Shown here one piece after another: positions 1-16,911 of a stretch of 64,000 nt of DNA. The translations under genes and the position numbers were made by a program. This DNA comes from Eledone cirrhosa. Taxonomy: Eukaryota. The stretch spans positions 65,658,001-65,722,000 of the forward strand of contig OZ024746.1 in the NCBI GenBank assembly GCA_964016885.1, written 5' to 3'. Under the pieces are notes generated by a model, which ran no database searches, was not told the origin of the DNA, and worked only from the letters and a program-made list of their open reading frames with translations. The number at the start of each line of letters is the position of its first letter. Within the stretch, counting starts at the first letter, position 1.

Positions 1-140
1 ATACCCAGTACATTACTGGTACTTATTTTATCGACCTCGTAAGGATGAAAGGCACAGTTAACCTTGGCGGGATTTGAACTCAGACCGTAAATGGACGTAA
101 CTATGCTAGAAAGCATGGCGTCCAACCCTCTACTGATACT
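1..140 (-). mobile_element. tRNA-derived SINE, dominant family in this window
   Basis: Reverse complement of 63351-63533; B-box GAGTTCAAATCC and core GCCTTTCATCCTTACG..GTCGATAAAATAAGTACCAG. Confidence 0.8.
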
Positions 141-299
141 GTTAAATAATGACCAAGGAACTATTATTGTAAATATATTTCATGATTGCCTTTGGTGAAA
201 TAATCTATGTACACTCAATTCAAAAAGATATAGCTAAGTTAACAATAATATATAAACCATCAACCTAACGCTAACAGCAACACATCTAAAATTGGATTG

Positions 300-1045
300 A
301 TTAATATTCCCCTTCACTCAGGTGAAATTCTCCAACAACATCAGAGACCTGGGGGATAATTGTTGAAAACAACATGAGCTGGGCAACTCATATAAATAGC
401 AATTTGAGATGGCTCGTAGAATGTGTCTGGATTCTCAGAACTTTTCAGTTGAGCGATATCCACAACATTATTCTTATTTTCTCTCTATTTTCCCGACGCC
501 ATTTGAATCCTATTATCCACTGTGGTCTCCCCCACACGAATCGAAGTATTATCAACATGGAAGCACCTCAAAGGTCAATAATAAAAATGATCGACGGCAT
601 GACAAGCCTTGACTATTGGGATCGACTAGAAAAAATCAAACTTTACTCTGCCCAACGCCGCCGAGAGCGTTAGATTATCTGCACGGTGTGGATGATCTTC
701 CATCAGCATTGTCCAAATTATGTTGACACCATCTTTAAAGTAAACCTAAGTCTTGAGCCCAAAAAGCAATCTCGCATCTCATAACAGCATTATCGCAGAA
801 TTATTTCACCTCAACTGATCCCGGTCTTTTTAATATTACACCAAAACACATAAAAAAAAAACAGATCCCATATAATTACAACCATCCTTGGACAAATTCT
901 TCCAAGGCATCCCTGATAATCCATCTACATACGGATATGCCTCAGTAAGCAATAACTTTCTACGTGACTGGTCCATTGTTTCCAAATCCTGATATGAACG
1001 CCAGTTGGTGCTATTAAGTTAGACATCAAAGTTATCAAAGTTGAA
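300..1045 (+). mobile_element. Degenerate 3' fragment of a CR1/L2-group LINE
   Basis: YWDRLEKIKLYSAQRRRER C-terminal RT motif; homologous to 45545-46010; short CAAAGTT tail running into (TA)n. Confidence 0.7.
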
Positions 1046-1084
1046 TATATATATAAATAAATAAATAAATAAATAAATAAATAT

Positions 1085-1123
<39 letters not shown>

Positions 1124-1130
1124 TACATAT

Positions 1131-1201
<71 letters not shown>

Positions 1202-1207
<6 letters not shown>

Positions 1208-1549
1208 ATTAAATAAATGGAAACTATATTTATAAAACCATATTTATTTCATTATATATATTTCAGGGATAACATATTAACAATATGCTATGCCGTTTCG
1301 GACGATGAATGGATCTGTTATTTTTATCTAAAGACATTTTTTCCAATTCCAAATCTATCTATCGTCCGAAACGGCATAGCATATTGTTAATATGTTATCC
1401 CTGAAATATATATAATGAAATAAATATGGTTTTATAAATATAGTTTCCATTTATTTAATATTGTAAATATACTCCAAATATTTGTCGAGTGCTTTTATAT
1501 CAGTTATAAATATTTACTAGTTGTAACACAACAATTTAAATATAACTTT

Positions 1550-1552
<3 letters not shown>
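1202..1552 (+). mobile_element. PLE pLTR family A, asymmetric hairpin
   Basis: Arms ~1202-1306 and ~1361-1465 are inverted copies, followed by a ~87-nt tail; (TA)n on both sides; homologous to 46702-47105. Confidence 0.75.
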
Positions 1553-1593
<41 letters not shown>

Positions 1594-2185
1594 AATAATA
1601 ATACTATTTATAGTTATGTATATACCATAAACAACTATAAACAGGAAAGGTCAGTTATTTCCTACTATCTTATTACCAGTAAGAGAAATATAAACATTAA
1701 CTAAAATATAATTCAACATATGTAATGGAAAGGACTGCAGTAACTTTGTTTTTCTCAACACACACACATTCGAACACTATTAACATATTACATCCGCCAT
1801 AGATTTTAATACATTAACATATTTGCTTACCATACAGTATTTATTTATCTATATATGCATAATACCTTTGCTTATTTCCTTCTCATATATATGACTAACG
1901 CATGTGCACTTTCTACTCGCTTGCATATGTACTACTAAGGTACTATTCCTCTCTTAATGCTTCTTTATCAATGACTCTTTCATTATTAGACCATTCTCTT
2001 GTATTATCTGTTACATGTATTCCACTCTGCTTTTAATTTGAATTATTGTACAATTCACGTATAATATATGTCGCATCCAGTACACCCTGTAAATACGAAA
2101 CTGTTGCTCACAACATCAATATATATGTATCTATATGATTGTTCAGTTGAATAGGAGGTTAATTATATGTAGAAACATTGATAAT

Positions 2186-2230
2186 GCTCCGATAACTCCA
2201 AACGAAAGTTTGGAAGAAACGATTGTCAGC
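2186..2230 (+). ncRNA. Degenerate type I hammerhead motif
   Basis: GCT CCGATAA c TCCAAAC-GAAA-GTTTGGA a GAAA CGATTG TC AGC; the C3/A8 mismatch suggests it is inactive. Confidence 0.5.
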
Positions 2231-2301
2231 TATTAAATGATTTGAACACGACATTGATAATTGTCTAATTTATATATATGTATATCTAGGTATATATATA
2301 A

Positions 2302-2421
<120 letters not shown>

Positions 2422-2426
2422 TATAT

Positions 2427-3062
<636 letters not shown>

Positions 3063-3554
3063 TTATATATGTTTGTGGGTGTGTGGGTGTATGTTTGTGT
3101 GTATAATTATCATATCCCAAATGCATAATAAATTAATTCTTATTAGTATTTTGACGAGAATACTTGCTGAAATTAATTTTTACTCATGAAATTAATAAAT
3201 TACTTAATCAAAATATACCTAGTTAGTATCTATTAGATTATATTTAATAGACAAAAGAAAATATATTGTCGTCAGATAACATTGTTAAATTAATTTAACA
3301 CGAGAAAAATAATTACCCCATTTATCGTGTCGATTTAATTTTCCCTAATAAATAAAAATTGTACATATTTGAGTGTGTGTATGTGTGTCTGTGTATGTGG
3401 GTAAGAGAGAGAGGGAGAGAGAAAGAGAGAGAGAGAGAGAGTGAGAGAGAGAGAGAGTGTGTGTGTGTTTGTGTGACTGAGAGTGAGAGAAAGAAAGCGC
3501 AATTGTGTTAACGTATATATATGTATATATATATATCAACGTACATCTCTGTTG

Positions 3555-3590
<36 letters not shown>

Positions 3591-3596
<6 letters not shown>

Positions 3597-3809
3597 TTAT
3601 AAAACTGCTCTATATTACATTTTATCTGATGAAAGCACACTATAATTTAACTTGGTTTCCTTGAAATATATATAATGAAATAAATATGGTTTTATAAATA
3701 TAGTTTCTATTTGTTAATATCGTTTTTTTACTCCAATTATTTGTTGAGTGATTTATATCAGTTATAAAAATATTTGCTTGTTGTATCCCAACAATTTAAA
3801 TAGAACTTT

Positions 3810-3813
<4 letters not shown>
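3591..3813 (+). mobile_element. PLE pLTR family A, solo copy with HHR
   Basis: TTTAT CTGATGA...GAAA TATATA TA ATGAA followed by the family A tail ending AACTTTCACA|TATA. Confidence 0.7.
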
Positions 3814-3849
<36 letters not shown>

Positions 3850-3999
3850 AGCAAACCTTACATTACTATACCAATACAATAGGCTGTCATATCCACGACC
3901 GGACGGATCTCAAAATCGCATGTGAACCGTACTTTTAGTCTGAAAAATCACAAAGAGGTTATCTCCGGAATATCATGGTACCACTCAGTAATACTCCCC

Positions 4000-5060
4000 A
4001 ATCATTAAACGATTCAAAATTTGAGACGGAGTAACAACGCAAATAATAGATTAACAGCGGCTCCTGTCAGAAGAACCATCTCCAGCTGATCCAGCTGGAG
4101 CCCAGAGCTGTGATCTCGTAATTCGGAGAGGTAGCGGCTCTACCTGGATTGATTCTATGATCTCTGAACTCCGCACTATCAAGTAATGTTACTCCATAAA
4201 CCCTTCGAAGGAATCCCATTTCGGCCGCTTGTATTTGTTTGTGATCGTATTCATTCGGTCATTAACCCTAAATAGAGAAGGTATTCTCTGACTGACTCGT
4301 AAGTGATAGGAAGCCTGGAACCCTGGAAAGGCAACCAAACAATGGCAATCGGGAATGATGATTCCAATTTTTGAAAAGAGAAAAAAAAAGCGAGGGAAGA
4401 GAGATTGTTTTAATTACAGAGAATCCTTTATGTTAAGACCCTCCTGCAAAGTCTATGTTAAGTAGCTGGCAAAAAGATGCATGGAGATAGCTAGCTGATG
4501 AACTGTGTGTCTTTCGCCCCGGACGCAGCAAAGCCTATCAAATATTCACATTGGGGAAGATCGACACGAAAACGTGGCAGTATTGCCAAGAGGTACATTC
4601 TTGTTATGTCAACCCTGAAAAAACATATGACTGCGTTCCTCAGGACCTGTTGTGAAAGGTTCTGCAGGAATAGGGGATCAAATAACAGTTTGATTTTGCT
4701 CCGATGCCTCTATTCCAATGGTCGATTGTTTGTGTTCGGATAAATCGAACTCTTACATATGGGAATGTATTTTGGGTAATAAGCGAAAGTATACGATCGT
4801 GAATACAAGCGGCCAACATGGGGTTCTTAGAAGGATATGTGTGTGTGTCTTGGGAAATAGAGAGTCGCACCAAGTAGAACCGTTTCTTCTCTGAATTGAG
4901 AGATCACAGATCCTATATTATGGAATGTGGATAGAATGTCTCAGGGAAGAATCGCTAGACAGATTTTACGGGTAAAGACAGCCGGCTGGAGATCCAGGAG
5001 TAGGCCATGTACAAAATATGTGGATAACATCCATGAGCTTGGCTTGTCTCGCTTATGAAT
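4000..5060. mobile_element. Rearranged old RTE-like LINE remnants
   Basis: Minus strand QIQAAEMGFLRRV near 4200-4240; plus strand WQSGMMIPI..K near 4340; many stops. Confidence 0.5.
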
Positions 5061-5219
5061 CCAGCAGGATCTACTGGAGACGGTTTCTTCTGCAGGACCC
5101 GCTTGTACGGGGCTCGTCTAATGCCAAAAGATGTCACCTGCATTCTCGGCACTCCAATTCTCTCGCAAGCCATCCGATAGTGCCTGGAAACTAAACACAC
5201 AGACCTGTCACGAATAGCA

Positions 5220-5480
5220 GAGTGGCTGTGCCGCATTTGACGCTCACCCCGCCCTCTTCCTTTTGAGGAACTGCTTCACCCTTCCAAACGTTTTGTTCAC
5301 GCTTTGTGGTGCACCCTGTCACAACCACGCCCCTTTGCAGAACTCATATGTAATATCCATTTTGAAAGGCACAAGCTGGCAACAGGCGAAGCTACCACAG
5401 AACTTCTGTGCCTTTGGCCTCCGATCCGCTTCTGAAATGGCTGTGTCGGCGTACCTCTCCTCAACGCTTTCATGGAAGGG
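5220..5480 (+). mobile_element. Possible CRE/R2-like non-LTR RT remnant
   Basis: SWQQAKLP....GLRSASEMAVSAYLSS resembles the WxQAxLP..GGLGLRSA..A..AFLSS motif. Confidence 0.4.
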
Positions 5481-6190
5481 GTCCTCCAGGTCTTCTTTCA
5501 ACGGTGAAGCCGACAAGTGAATTTAGACGGTAATTAAATGCGTAGTCTATACACACTTGTTCTCTGAAAAGAATTATCTTGGAGTTTCAATATAGTACAA
5601 TTGCTGGTTTTTGAACCATAGAGTTTCTTCCATTGGATTTCTAAACAAATTTTCTCTGCACGTTTTATACTTGTGAAGCTAACTTTTTAATCATTTACTT
5701 ATGCCCACGCCCACAAACGCACGCTCTCATACACAGATGCAATACACCTATACCCAATCCTTTTAGCGAAAGAAACTCATTTTCTATAGATACTATAATT
5801 TCATGAACATAGACGGATGGATCAGCTCGACTAATCTAGCTTAAATACTGTGCTAGGTTTTTCATCAATGACTGTGTAACCTCTTTAACATACATGAACA
5901 TACTTCTTATAATTCCATTAACACAAAGTGCTTAAATAATTTTGCTAGATCAATAGGCACATATAAAGCATTTATGGTAGTCAGGTCAATTAAGAAATTA
6001 CTGGTGCGTTAACAGTGCCTTGTTTCAATGCAATAGTGAATAGAATATAGCTCGACAAATCTTTCGATATCTGTCCACGAAAATATATTACACACACACA
6101 CACATACACACACATACACACACACGCACCCCCCCCACACACAGAGACACACACACACACATATATATATATAAATACATATATATATAC

Positions 6191-6271
<81 letters not shown>

Positions 6272-6284
6272 TAAATATATATAT

Positions 6285-6327
<43 letters not shown>

Positions 6328-6329
6328 TT

Positions 6330-6360
<31 letters not shown>

Positions 6361-7224
6361 GTATGTGTGTGGAGAAGAAGAAGAAGAAGAAGAAGAAGAA
6401 GAAGAAGAAGAAGAAGAAGAAACAACAACAATTTGCTCTTCAACCTTTAATTTCTAGAAGAGAGCTAGCTGCTTTAAGTGATCAAGTATTAACTTAACTA
6501 ATCAGATACAATTATCTCGACCGGGAATAATAAGCTGATCGACATTCTTTAGTTCTAAGAATCAATCAAAGGTTTCTCTGAATATGTATGTGAAAGAGGA
6601 CATTCTTTGAACAGTCTAGTGTGACACGATTGTAATGGCATATAATACGTAACCGTGCTACTAATCGATAAAGAGATGGAGAGAGAAAGACCGAGGGAAG
6701 AAGATAGTATGGAGATTAATTCTACTCTATAGCTTGTATAATCAATAGTCTCGTAGTTCATGCAACGTCATACAATTTCAGTTCAAGAATGTAAAGGTGG
6801 GAGCCTCTACGTGGTTAGATTACTGGACCTGCTGCAAAGAGCAGCTAAAATCTAGGTATTGAAATAACAATACTTTAAGAAGAAAAGAAACATGGCATTA
6901 TGTGTTTCTAACGTCAACGTCGCAGAGAGGAAAACAAGAGGATCAGTCATGATTGGAACGTATTGATAAAGGGTCTGCTCTATTGGGATTTACCTGGAAC
7001 TAACTAACCAAAAAAAAAAAACAATATATAATCATTAATCATGAAAATCAAGAAAATTAATAGCAAGTTTCAAAAATAACCTTTGATTCAATTATATTTT
7101 AGATAGAACTTATTTTATTTAAAAAATTGTTAACAAAGATTTTGCCGGTTAAATTTTCCACACAGGCCAAAAACCATTCAAGTTGTTTCATACACCATAC
7201 GCCAATAGATATGAACCCACCCCG

Positions 7225-7290
<66 letters not shown>

Positions 7291-7619
7291 ATATAAAATC
7301 TTTACGATGACTAAGCTACAAATTTTTGAAACTTAAGTCAATCTGGATTGAACGGCCATAACGCATAACTTTGGCCATGACAAATAAGTTGAGCATATAA
7401 GTGGACAAAATGTCCCGCTCAACACTTCTCAAATGAATTATTTATTTACACTTCTTGCTCATTGATGAAAATTCGAGGGGAGTGAAGTGATCCACTTCAA
7501 TTTAGCATGGTGGTCATGCAACTACGATGTATTAAGTGAGTGTGAGTTCGGATCCCACTGGTGACAATGTCTACATATTCCATTCCAGCAGATTTGTATG
7601 CCGAACGTATTAGATAATG

Positions 7620-7659
<40 letters not shown>

Positions 7660-7736
7660 TATATATATATGTACATATATGATTATATATGTATGTATTT
7701 GTGTGTGTATATATATATATATGTATATATATAAAT

Positions 7737-7786
<50 letters not shown>

Positions 7787-7995
7787 GTATATAAATATAT
7801 ATATATATATATCCTTCTGCCTCACTTTTCGTTGCTTCACCATTTTTGTTTGTTTACACTCGTGTCCCCTTTATTTACGTGTCCCAACGACTTTTTTTAG
7901 CCGTAGCTCGCACCAACCGGAGGTATATGGTCTTTAAGGCGATGAAATACCAATGATGGTTGGAAGATCACTGATGAAGGACTAACTTATTCATA

Positions 7996-8061
<66 letters not shown>

Positions 8062-8068
<7 letters not shown>

Positions 8069-8250
8069 ACACACAAACACCCGGATGTAACACATGCGTA
8101 AACTAAGCACACACCACACACAAAAACAAGATGCCGTAGGACAGAACAAAGGAGAGCCACAAAACAAAGAAAAGAATCCCCAGTCACTGAAGAGGTCACA
8201 GAATGTATGACGAAAGAACTTTGACAATATATGAACAACCGTCCGGTTGT
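8062..8250 (+). mobile_element. Solo pLTR fragment of PLE family C with HHR (8183-8225)
   Basis: Homologous to 16785-16980; GTCA CTGAAGA GGTCACAGAATGTATGAC GAAA GAAC TT TGAC; (TA)n on both sides. Confidence 0.75.
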
Positions 8251-8253
8251 ACA

Positions 8254-9896
<1,643 letters not shown>

Positions 9897-10013
9897 GCAT
9901 ATGAAAGTGTATCAGAGTGCTTCATATTCTGCTACAATCACCTCAAATATATATTAATAATGGTCCAATCAGCAACATGAACGGGACGTGTACCTGACTG
10001 TCTTTGTGTGTGC

Positions 10014-10072
<59 letters not shown>

Positions 10073-10079
<7 letters not shown>

Positions 10080-10449
10080 CGTAAAATAAGAATATTTTTT
10101 TTTAAAATGTTTTTAAAAAATTAACTTACTTACTTAAATTTTCACTCCAACTAATTAGTTTCTGCAATGGGATAAAAACAGTTACGTAATGAACCGTTGA
10201 GAATTTCATTGCGTCATCAGGGAGGTCATTCTCAGCCGAGTCTCCAGGCGATGCGCGGACACTGGCGACTCATATAAAAATAATAATAATTCGGTAAATG
10301 GAACAGCTATCGAGGACTGGATTCCAGCTACTGAAAATTCTCACTGCCACTGATCATATGGCCGATTCTAAAGGTACTATGACATAACCTGTGTATTTGC
10401 TGGCATTGGCGTACATCTGTGCGCTTATGTTAGTAGATATATTAAATTA

Positions 10450-10450
<1 letters not shown>
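10073..10450 (-). mobile_element. Diverged family B copy
   Basis: Starts AAAGACGTAAAATAAGAA; shares CAACTAATTAGTTTC and CGTCATCAGGGAG with 8388-8921. Confidence 0.65.
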
Positions 10451-10545
<95 letters not shown>

Positions 10546-10599
10546 GTATATATATATAAATATATATATATATATAAAATATATATATATATATACACT

Positions 10600-10635
<36 letters not shown>

Positions 10636-10851
10636 TATATAATAATATATAAGATCAAAAGATGGTTAAAAGAGTTACATGTATTTTATTATGCGCATTT
10701 CAAAAACAAATATCATCATGCAATAACATTTGCCTGCCTTTTCGTCAGATAAATTAGGGAGACATGATATGAAGGTTAAAACACACTTGTGAATATGCAG
10801 TTTTACCCGATATCTGCATTGCTTTATTGTACTACAATAAAACTCACCTCC

Positions 10852-10915
<64 letters not shown>

Positions 10916-10983
10916 CGCATGTATATTTACGTATGTGTATATACGTATATACACATGCGTAAATATATATGCGTATATATATT

Positions 10984-11148
<165 letters not shown>

Positions 11149-11178
11149 GTATATCCACACACACATACGCATATATAA

Positions 11179-11212
<34 letters not shown>

Positions 11213-11216
11213 GCAC

Positions 11217-11301
<85 letters not shown>

Positions 11302-11632
11302 CATTTATATATTCGTATGTGTGTGTGTGTGTGTATGTTATGCGTGTGTATATATAAATACCACATTGGTATAGGGATGGATAATACATGTGTCCCTATA
11401 TGTATTTTGCATATAGGGTTACATACCTTATTATTATTAATCTCCGCTGGTCGTTTTAACTGCTGCTATTTCTAGTGGCAGTAGATCGACCTTTCTGCCT
11501 CTGCCTTTTATGTTTACACACGGCACTAGACAGAATTGCTTCTTCATCGTACACTCTCATCTTGGGAACAATTCTGAATGGCGCCATTTCGTGATTTGAA
11601 CTCGGGAATTTCATATTCTCCGAGCGAAAAGA

Positions 11633-11717
11633 ACCCTCTGACGAAAGTCTTCCTTTTCAATGGATTTCCGTATGGATTATCCATTTATTTCGAGACTTGA
11701 AACCGTACGGTAAGGGT
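11633..11717 (+). ncRNA. Type I hammerhead ribozyme with canonical core
   Basis: Stem I ACCCT/AGGGT; core CTGACGA; stem II AAGTCT/AGACTT with an extended loop; GAAA; palindromic stem III ACCGTACGGT; GTA cleavage triplet. Confidence 0.85.
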
Positions 11718-11795
11718 AATTACAGCAGCTACAGTGAACTTTTAAAAATTTATTTTAAAACTTTTCTTATTTGCTAAACGTTGGTTAAATATATT

Positions 11796-11826
<31 letters not shown>

Positions 11827-12060
11827 GTATATATGTATATATATGTATATATGTATATATATGTATATATGCATATATATGTATATATGTATATATATGT
11901 ATATATGTATACTCTTTAACTCATTTGTCTGTTCCATCCGACTGAGGCCATGCTGTGGCACCGCCCTCTTTGCTACACATTTTATCTCCAGCCTATATTG
12001 GTTGGCCACTGGTACAAGAGGGAGTTCGTAGCTGGTGCCCTTTGTTTTCCCTCATATATG

Positions 12061-12162
<102 letters not shown>

Positions 12163-12184
12163 TATACACACACACACACATATA

Positions 12185-12232
<48 letters not shown>

Positions 12233-12238
<6 letters not shown>

Positions 12239-12751
12239 ACCGTTTTATACTGTTTCTTTCATAATATACCAATACATTTTACTTTCCAATTATTAGAATC
12301 AATCAAAATCACCAACTTCTAAGTTATTCAGCACAGTGTATCTTCCACCTTCATATTTCCAGTTTATTCAATTGTATGTGTTTGCAGAAACAGAATATAG
12401 AGACGAGCGGAACCTTATATACATTATTTTGAATGACGTGCGGTAAACGTACACTGAATTAACCCTATTTAAATGATGTCTTTTGAAATACTACATACTA
12501 TATAAAACCATAATAACTTCTCACGCTGCTATTGAAATTAAATGAATCGAAATGTAATGGAAGGTGAATGGCCAAAGGTGGTTTGCAGAGCTAAAATGTA
12601 AATAGTAGTTCTTTATACAAACGACTAGTTGTCATGGTAAGTTGGCTGTCACGGTAAGATACAGTGACTGCTAATCTGTCACGAAATCTCCAGCAAAACT
12701 AACGTATTCCAAGCAATCTTGTAAACAAATATCCTCACACTATGCACATAC

Positions 12752-12823
<72 letters not shown>

Positions 12824-12968
12824 ACCGTTTTCCTTAATAATATACTAATACATTTTACTTTCCAATTATAAGAATCTACAAAAATCACCAACTTCCAAGT
12901 TCTTCAGAACAGTGTATCTTCCACTTTCATAATTCCAGTTTATTCAATTGTATGTGTTTGCAGAAACA
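12233..12968 (+). repeat. ~155-bp diverged direct repeat pair (12233-12391 and 12818-12968), each starting at a (TA)n
   Basis: TATTGTACCGTTTT...CCAGTTTATTCAATTGTATGTGTTTGCAGAAACA occurs twice. Confidence 0.7.
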
Positions 12969-12996
12969 TAATATGGCGACTATATACATATATATA

Positions 12997-13466
12997 TATA
13001 AAGAATTAGTATATCTACCAACATATATATACAGATGCATACCTATGCTAGCAAATATATAGTTTTGTCTTAGTAACTTTGTGGTTGAATGCAAGGGGAT
13101 GCAGAACAATTATATGAAAGACGTAAAATAAGAATATTATAAAAATCAACTTACTTACTAAAGTTTCACTCCAACTCATTAGTTTCTGTAAGGGAATAAA
13201 TATGGTTACCGAACGGAACCATAGAGAAAATCCTTACGTCATCAGGGAGTCTATTCTCAGCTAAGTTCCCAGGCAATGCGTGGACAAAGGGAACTCATAC
13301 AAAAATAATTCAGTGGATGGAAAAAAGCGAGCGGGTACTATATTCCAGGAAATTGAAAAAATCACTGCCTACTTGGTCGGTGGCAAATTCAAAAGAATCA
13401 ATCACGTGACACTGAGGTTAATCAGTGAGGAGTGGGGTGCTAATAAGACAGGAGCCTGACTACTAC
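12997..13466 (-). mobile_element. Family B copy spanning the unit-unit junction
   Basis: GAACAATTATA|TGAAAGACG at ~13104-13123 matches the junction at 8911-8930. Confidence 0.75.
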
Positions 13467-14339
13467 GTGTGTGTTTTCATTTTGTCCTTAATTGTAAGTT
13501 GTGATGTTGCTGTTCCACTCATATTTTCTATTTAATTTTGGTTGTAGTTCATTTATGTTTATTGCCTCTGGGATTTATCTAAACATTGCGACTTTTCTGT
13601 GTGTAGATTCTATTCTTATTTCTATGTTCTCTAATTTACCCTTATGTTCTAATTTAGCATGTTGGTAGAGTACATATGATTCTTTACTATCTTGAAGGTC
13701 TCGCCAGTGTTCATTTATCCTTTCCCTTATACTATGAGCTGTCTCACCTATGTACACTATATTTTTATCTCTACATTGTCCTTCAGTGCATCTTATGCTA
13801 TATACTGCATTTCTAGTTCTCCAGTTAATATGGGGGCTTAATTTACAGATTATACATTTCTTATCTATACAGGTGGTCTTTGAACAGGGTATGTCTTGCT
13901 AATAACTGTTTTTATGGAGGTACGTGGTCTTTCTACTATCTTAATATCGAGTTTATGTTTATCTAGGGCCCTTCTAAATTTGTAAGCTAATTCACCTCTA
14001 GGGATTGTATCGATGAACATTACACTATGGTATTTATTGCTATCATACCATGAGTTTATTTTACAGAAAACAGGTAATGACAGTAGCACAGAAATAAGGG
14101 AAGGTAATAGGATTGAAAGGAGAAGGGAGACTATGGACAGAGAAAATAACCAAGACGAACACACAGACACACAAAATAGAGTAGATAATAACAATGAGCC
14201 AGAGGAAAGAGACAGGAGTAATAATGAGAGACATAGAAACAACCATGAGGCCGTTGGTGGAAATAGAAATAGAAACAACACAACTAACTAACAATAGCAC
14301 TAGTATACATAAAGCAGCAGCCTGGAACTCTACTTTTTT

Positions 14340-16709
14340 ATATTCCCTCCGATAAGTCGTTTGACCTGCGCCGAGTCCACGCCACGACTTTAGCTTTTAA
14401 CAAACGCACGCAATTGCCGTCGCAGGTCGATGAACAAACAGAAGCACAATTTAGTATAGCTAGATCTAAATTTAGAAATATTATAGAACAGTATAGCAAG
14501 AAGCATAATAGAATGGAGGTCCAGCAAAAGGGAGAAAAATCTGCAAATGGCTTGCGTAAGCTCATGCAGCGCTCGCGTAATGGAGAGATAGCATGCCTTC
14601 CAACAGACAAGTTTGGCAGAATGTCGGTTGACAGTCTGCCAAACTACATCCAGGCAATGCAATCCCACATCACTAACACAAGAGAAGTAACACCACAAGA
14701 GCATGAGGATAGAGATAAAGCCCTCAATGCCCCTATGATGATGTGGACAAATATAATGCAGCCCAACAAAAGGACTGCCAACAACTTCCAGGCCTGGAAC
14801 AATGATGTGCCAGTGTTGTATGGGCTTCGAAAATACCATAAAACGAAGCAGTGACCCTGTCACAGGACCACCAACACGGCCATTCTGTGGAGCTAACATT
14901 GCTAGAAACTACAGACTGTCCTACTTCTTCTCCCTGATCATACACCCCATCATTGAAATGTCCCCAGATGTATATGATACCACGGAGGACCTCCTCAGCA
15001 GAATCGGCGAGAGTAACCGATCTAGGGACCTAACAAACTGCATAATAGGTAGTATGGATGTTGTGTCCCTGTATCCATCTATTGACGTGGATTTTGCTGT
15101 GGAGAAATGCGTAGAAATGATCAGTGAGAGCAATGTTAAATTCCGTGGGATTGATACCAGTGATCTGGGACTACTACTTAAACTTAACTATAGTAATAAT
15201 TATCTAGACACATATGACCTTAGCAACCTGTGCCCTACAAAATCAGCAAGAGGCAGACCACCTACCATTACCTCAATGGCCAAGATAACCCACACAGATA
15301 GATGGAACGGGTGGACCAGAGCCATACGGACCCTCGAAAACCACGATGAACTAAAGAAAATGATTGCACATGCGGTGGGGGCCAGCATAAAATTAACCCT
15401 TAAGGAACATATCATCAGATTTAATGGAAAAACATATGCCCAAGAGGAGGGAGCAGCCATTGGTGTTATCATTGCAGGCGACATAGCTAACCTATTCATG
15501 TTATGGTGGGACAGTAGACTTAAACTTAAACTTAAAAACAATTAGAAGACCCCTTAACTCTGATAATGTACTCCCGCTACGTTGATGATATAAACATCGT
15601 AGTTAAAACACCCCACTAGAGAACAGTCATGAATTAGAGAAAACACAATGGAAAGCATCCAGCAAATAGATAACTCCCTCCACCAGAGTATTAGAGTTAC
15701 TATAGACTTCCCAATCAAACACCCCAACCATCGATTACCTGTACTAGACACAGAGCTCTGGTTAGATACCATTAAGAACAAAAAAAAAATCCTCCATTCC
15801 CATTATGCCACACCCATGACTTCCAAATATCTGATCCACCGAAACTCAGCTGTTTCGGACCATACCAAAATCAACATACTGATTGCGGATTTGGTACGGG
15901 TGAGGAGAAACGTGTCCCGCATGTGCAACCCCGAAGAACTAGAGAGACACATACAACACTTCATCCACCGTATGCAGTTCTCTGGTTAGAATCAGAGAGA
16001 TAAAATCAGTGTATAGAGTAGCCAGAACCAAATGGGAAAACATGGTAAATAATGACACAAATGGGACCTGCCCCTTGTATAGGAGCAAATTTTGGAATAG
16101 AATAGAAAGAACTAGGAATAAGGCTAATAAAATAAACTCATGGTATGATAGCAATAAATACCAGTGTGTAATGTTCATCGATACAACCCCTAGAGGTGAA
16201 TTAGCTTACAAATTTAGAAGGGCCCAAGATAAACATAAACTCGATATTGAGATAATAGAAAGACCAGGTACCTCCATAAAAACACTTATTAGCAAGACAT
16301 ACCCTGTTCAAAGACCCCCCCCCCCTGTATAGATAAGAAATATATAATCTGTAAATTAAGCCCCCATATTAACTGTAAAACTGGAAATGTAGTATATAGC
16401 ATAAGATGTACTGAAGGACAATGTAGAAATAACAATATAGTGTACATAGGTGAGACAGCTTGTAATATAGGAGAACGGATAAATGAACACTGGCGAGACC
16501 TTCAAGATAGTAAAGAATCATCTGTACTCTACCAACATGCTAAAATAGAACACAAGGGTAAATTAGAGAACATAGAAATAAAAATAGAATCTACACACAG
16601 AAAAGACGCCATGTTTAGACAAATCACAGAGGCAATAAACATAAATGAACTCCAACCAAAATTAAATAGAAAACATGAGTGGAACAGCAACATCACAACT
16701 TACAATTAA
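14340..16709 (+). pseudogene. PLE RT + GIY-YIG endonuclease, frameshifted and with stops
   Basis: PTDKFGRM, LYGLRK.HK, GSMDVVSLYPSI, QEEGAAIG..IANLFM, YSRYVDDI (~15570), LPVLD, VVYSIRC..YIGET..ERINEH. Confidence 0.85.
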
Positions 16710-16911
16710 GGACAAAATGAAAACACACACGCACATAGAACAAACAACCAACCAGTAACATGTAATTAAACAAATAAATAAACGAATATAAACACACACA
16801 GACACCCGGATGTAACATATGCGCAAACTAAGCACACAACACACACACAAAAACAAGATGGCGTAGGACAGAACAAAGGAGATAAACAAAAAACAAAGAA
16901 AATAATCCCCA

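Noticed and set aside
14334-14340. T6A heptamer upstream of the family C RT
   Set aside because: A -1 shift from its in-phase frame hits a stop, and the RT frame is +1; the copy is degenerate, so this is probably chance.
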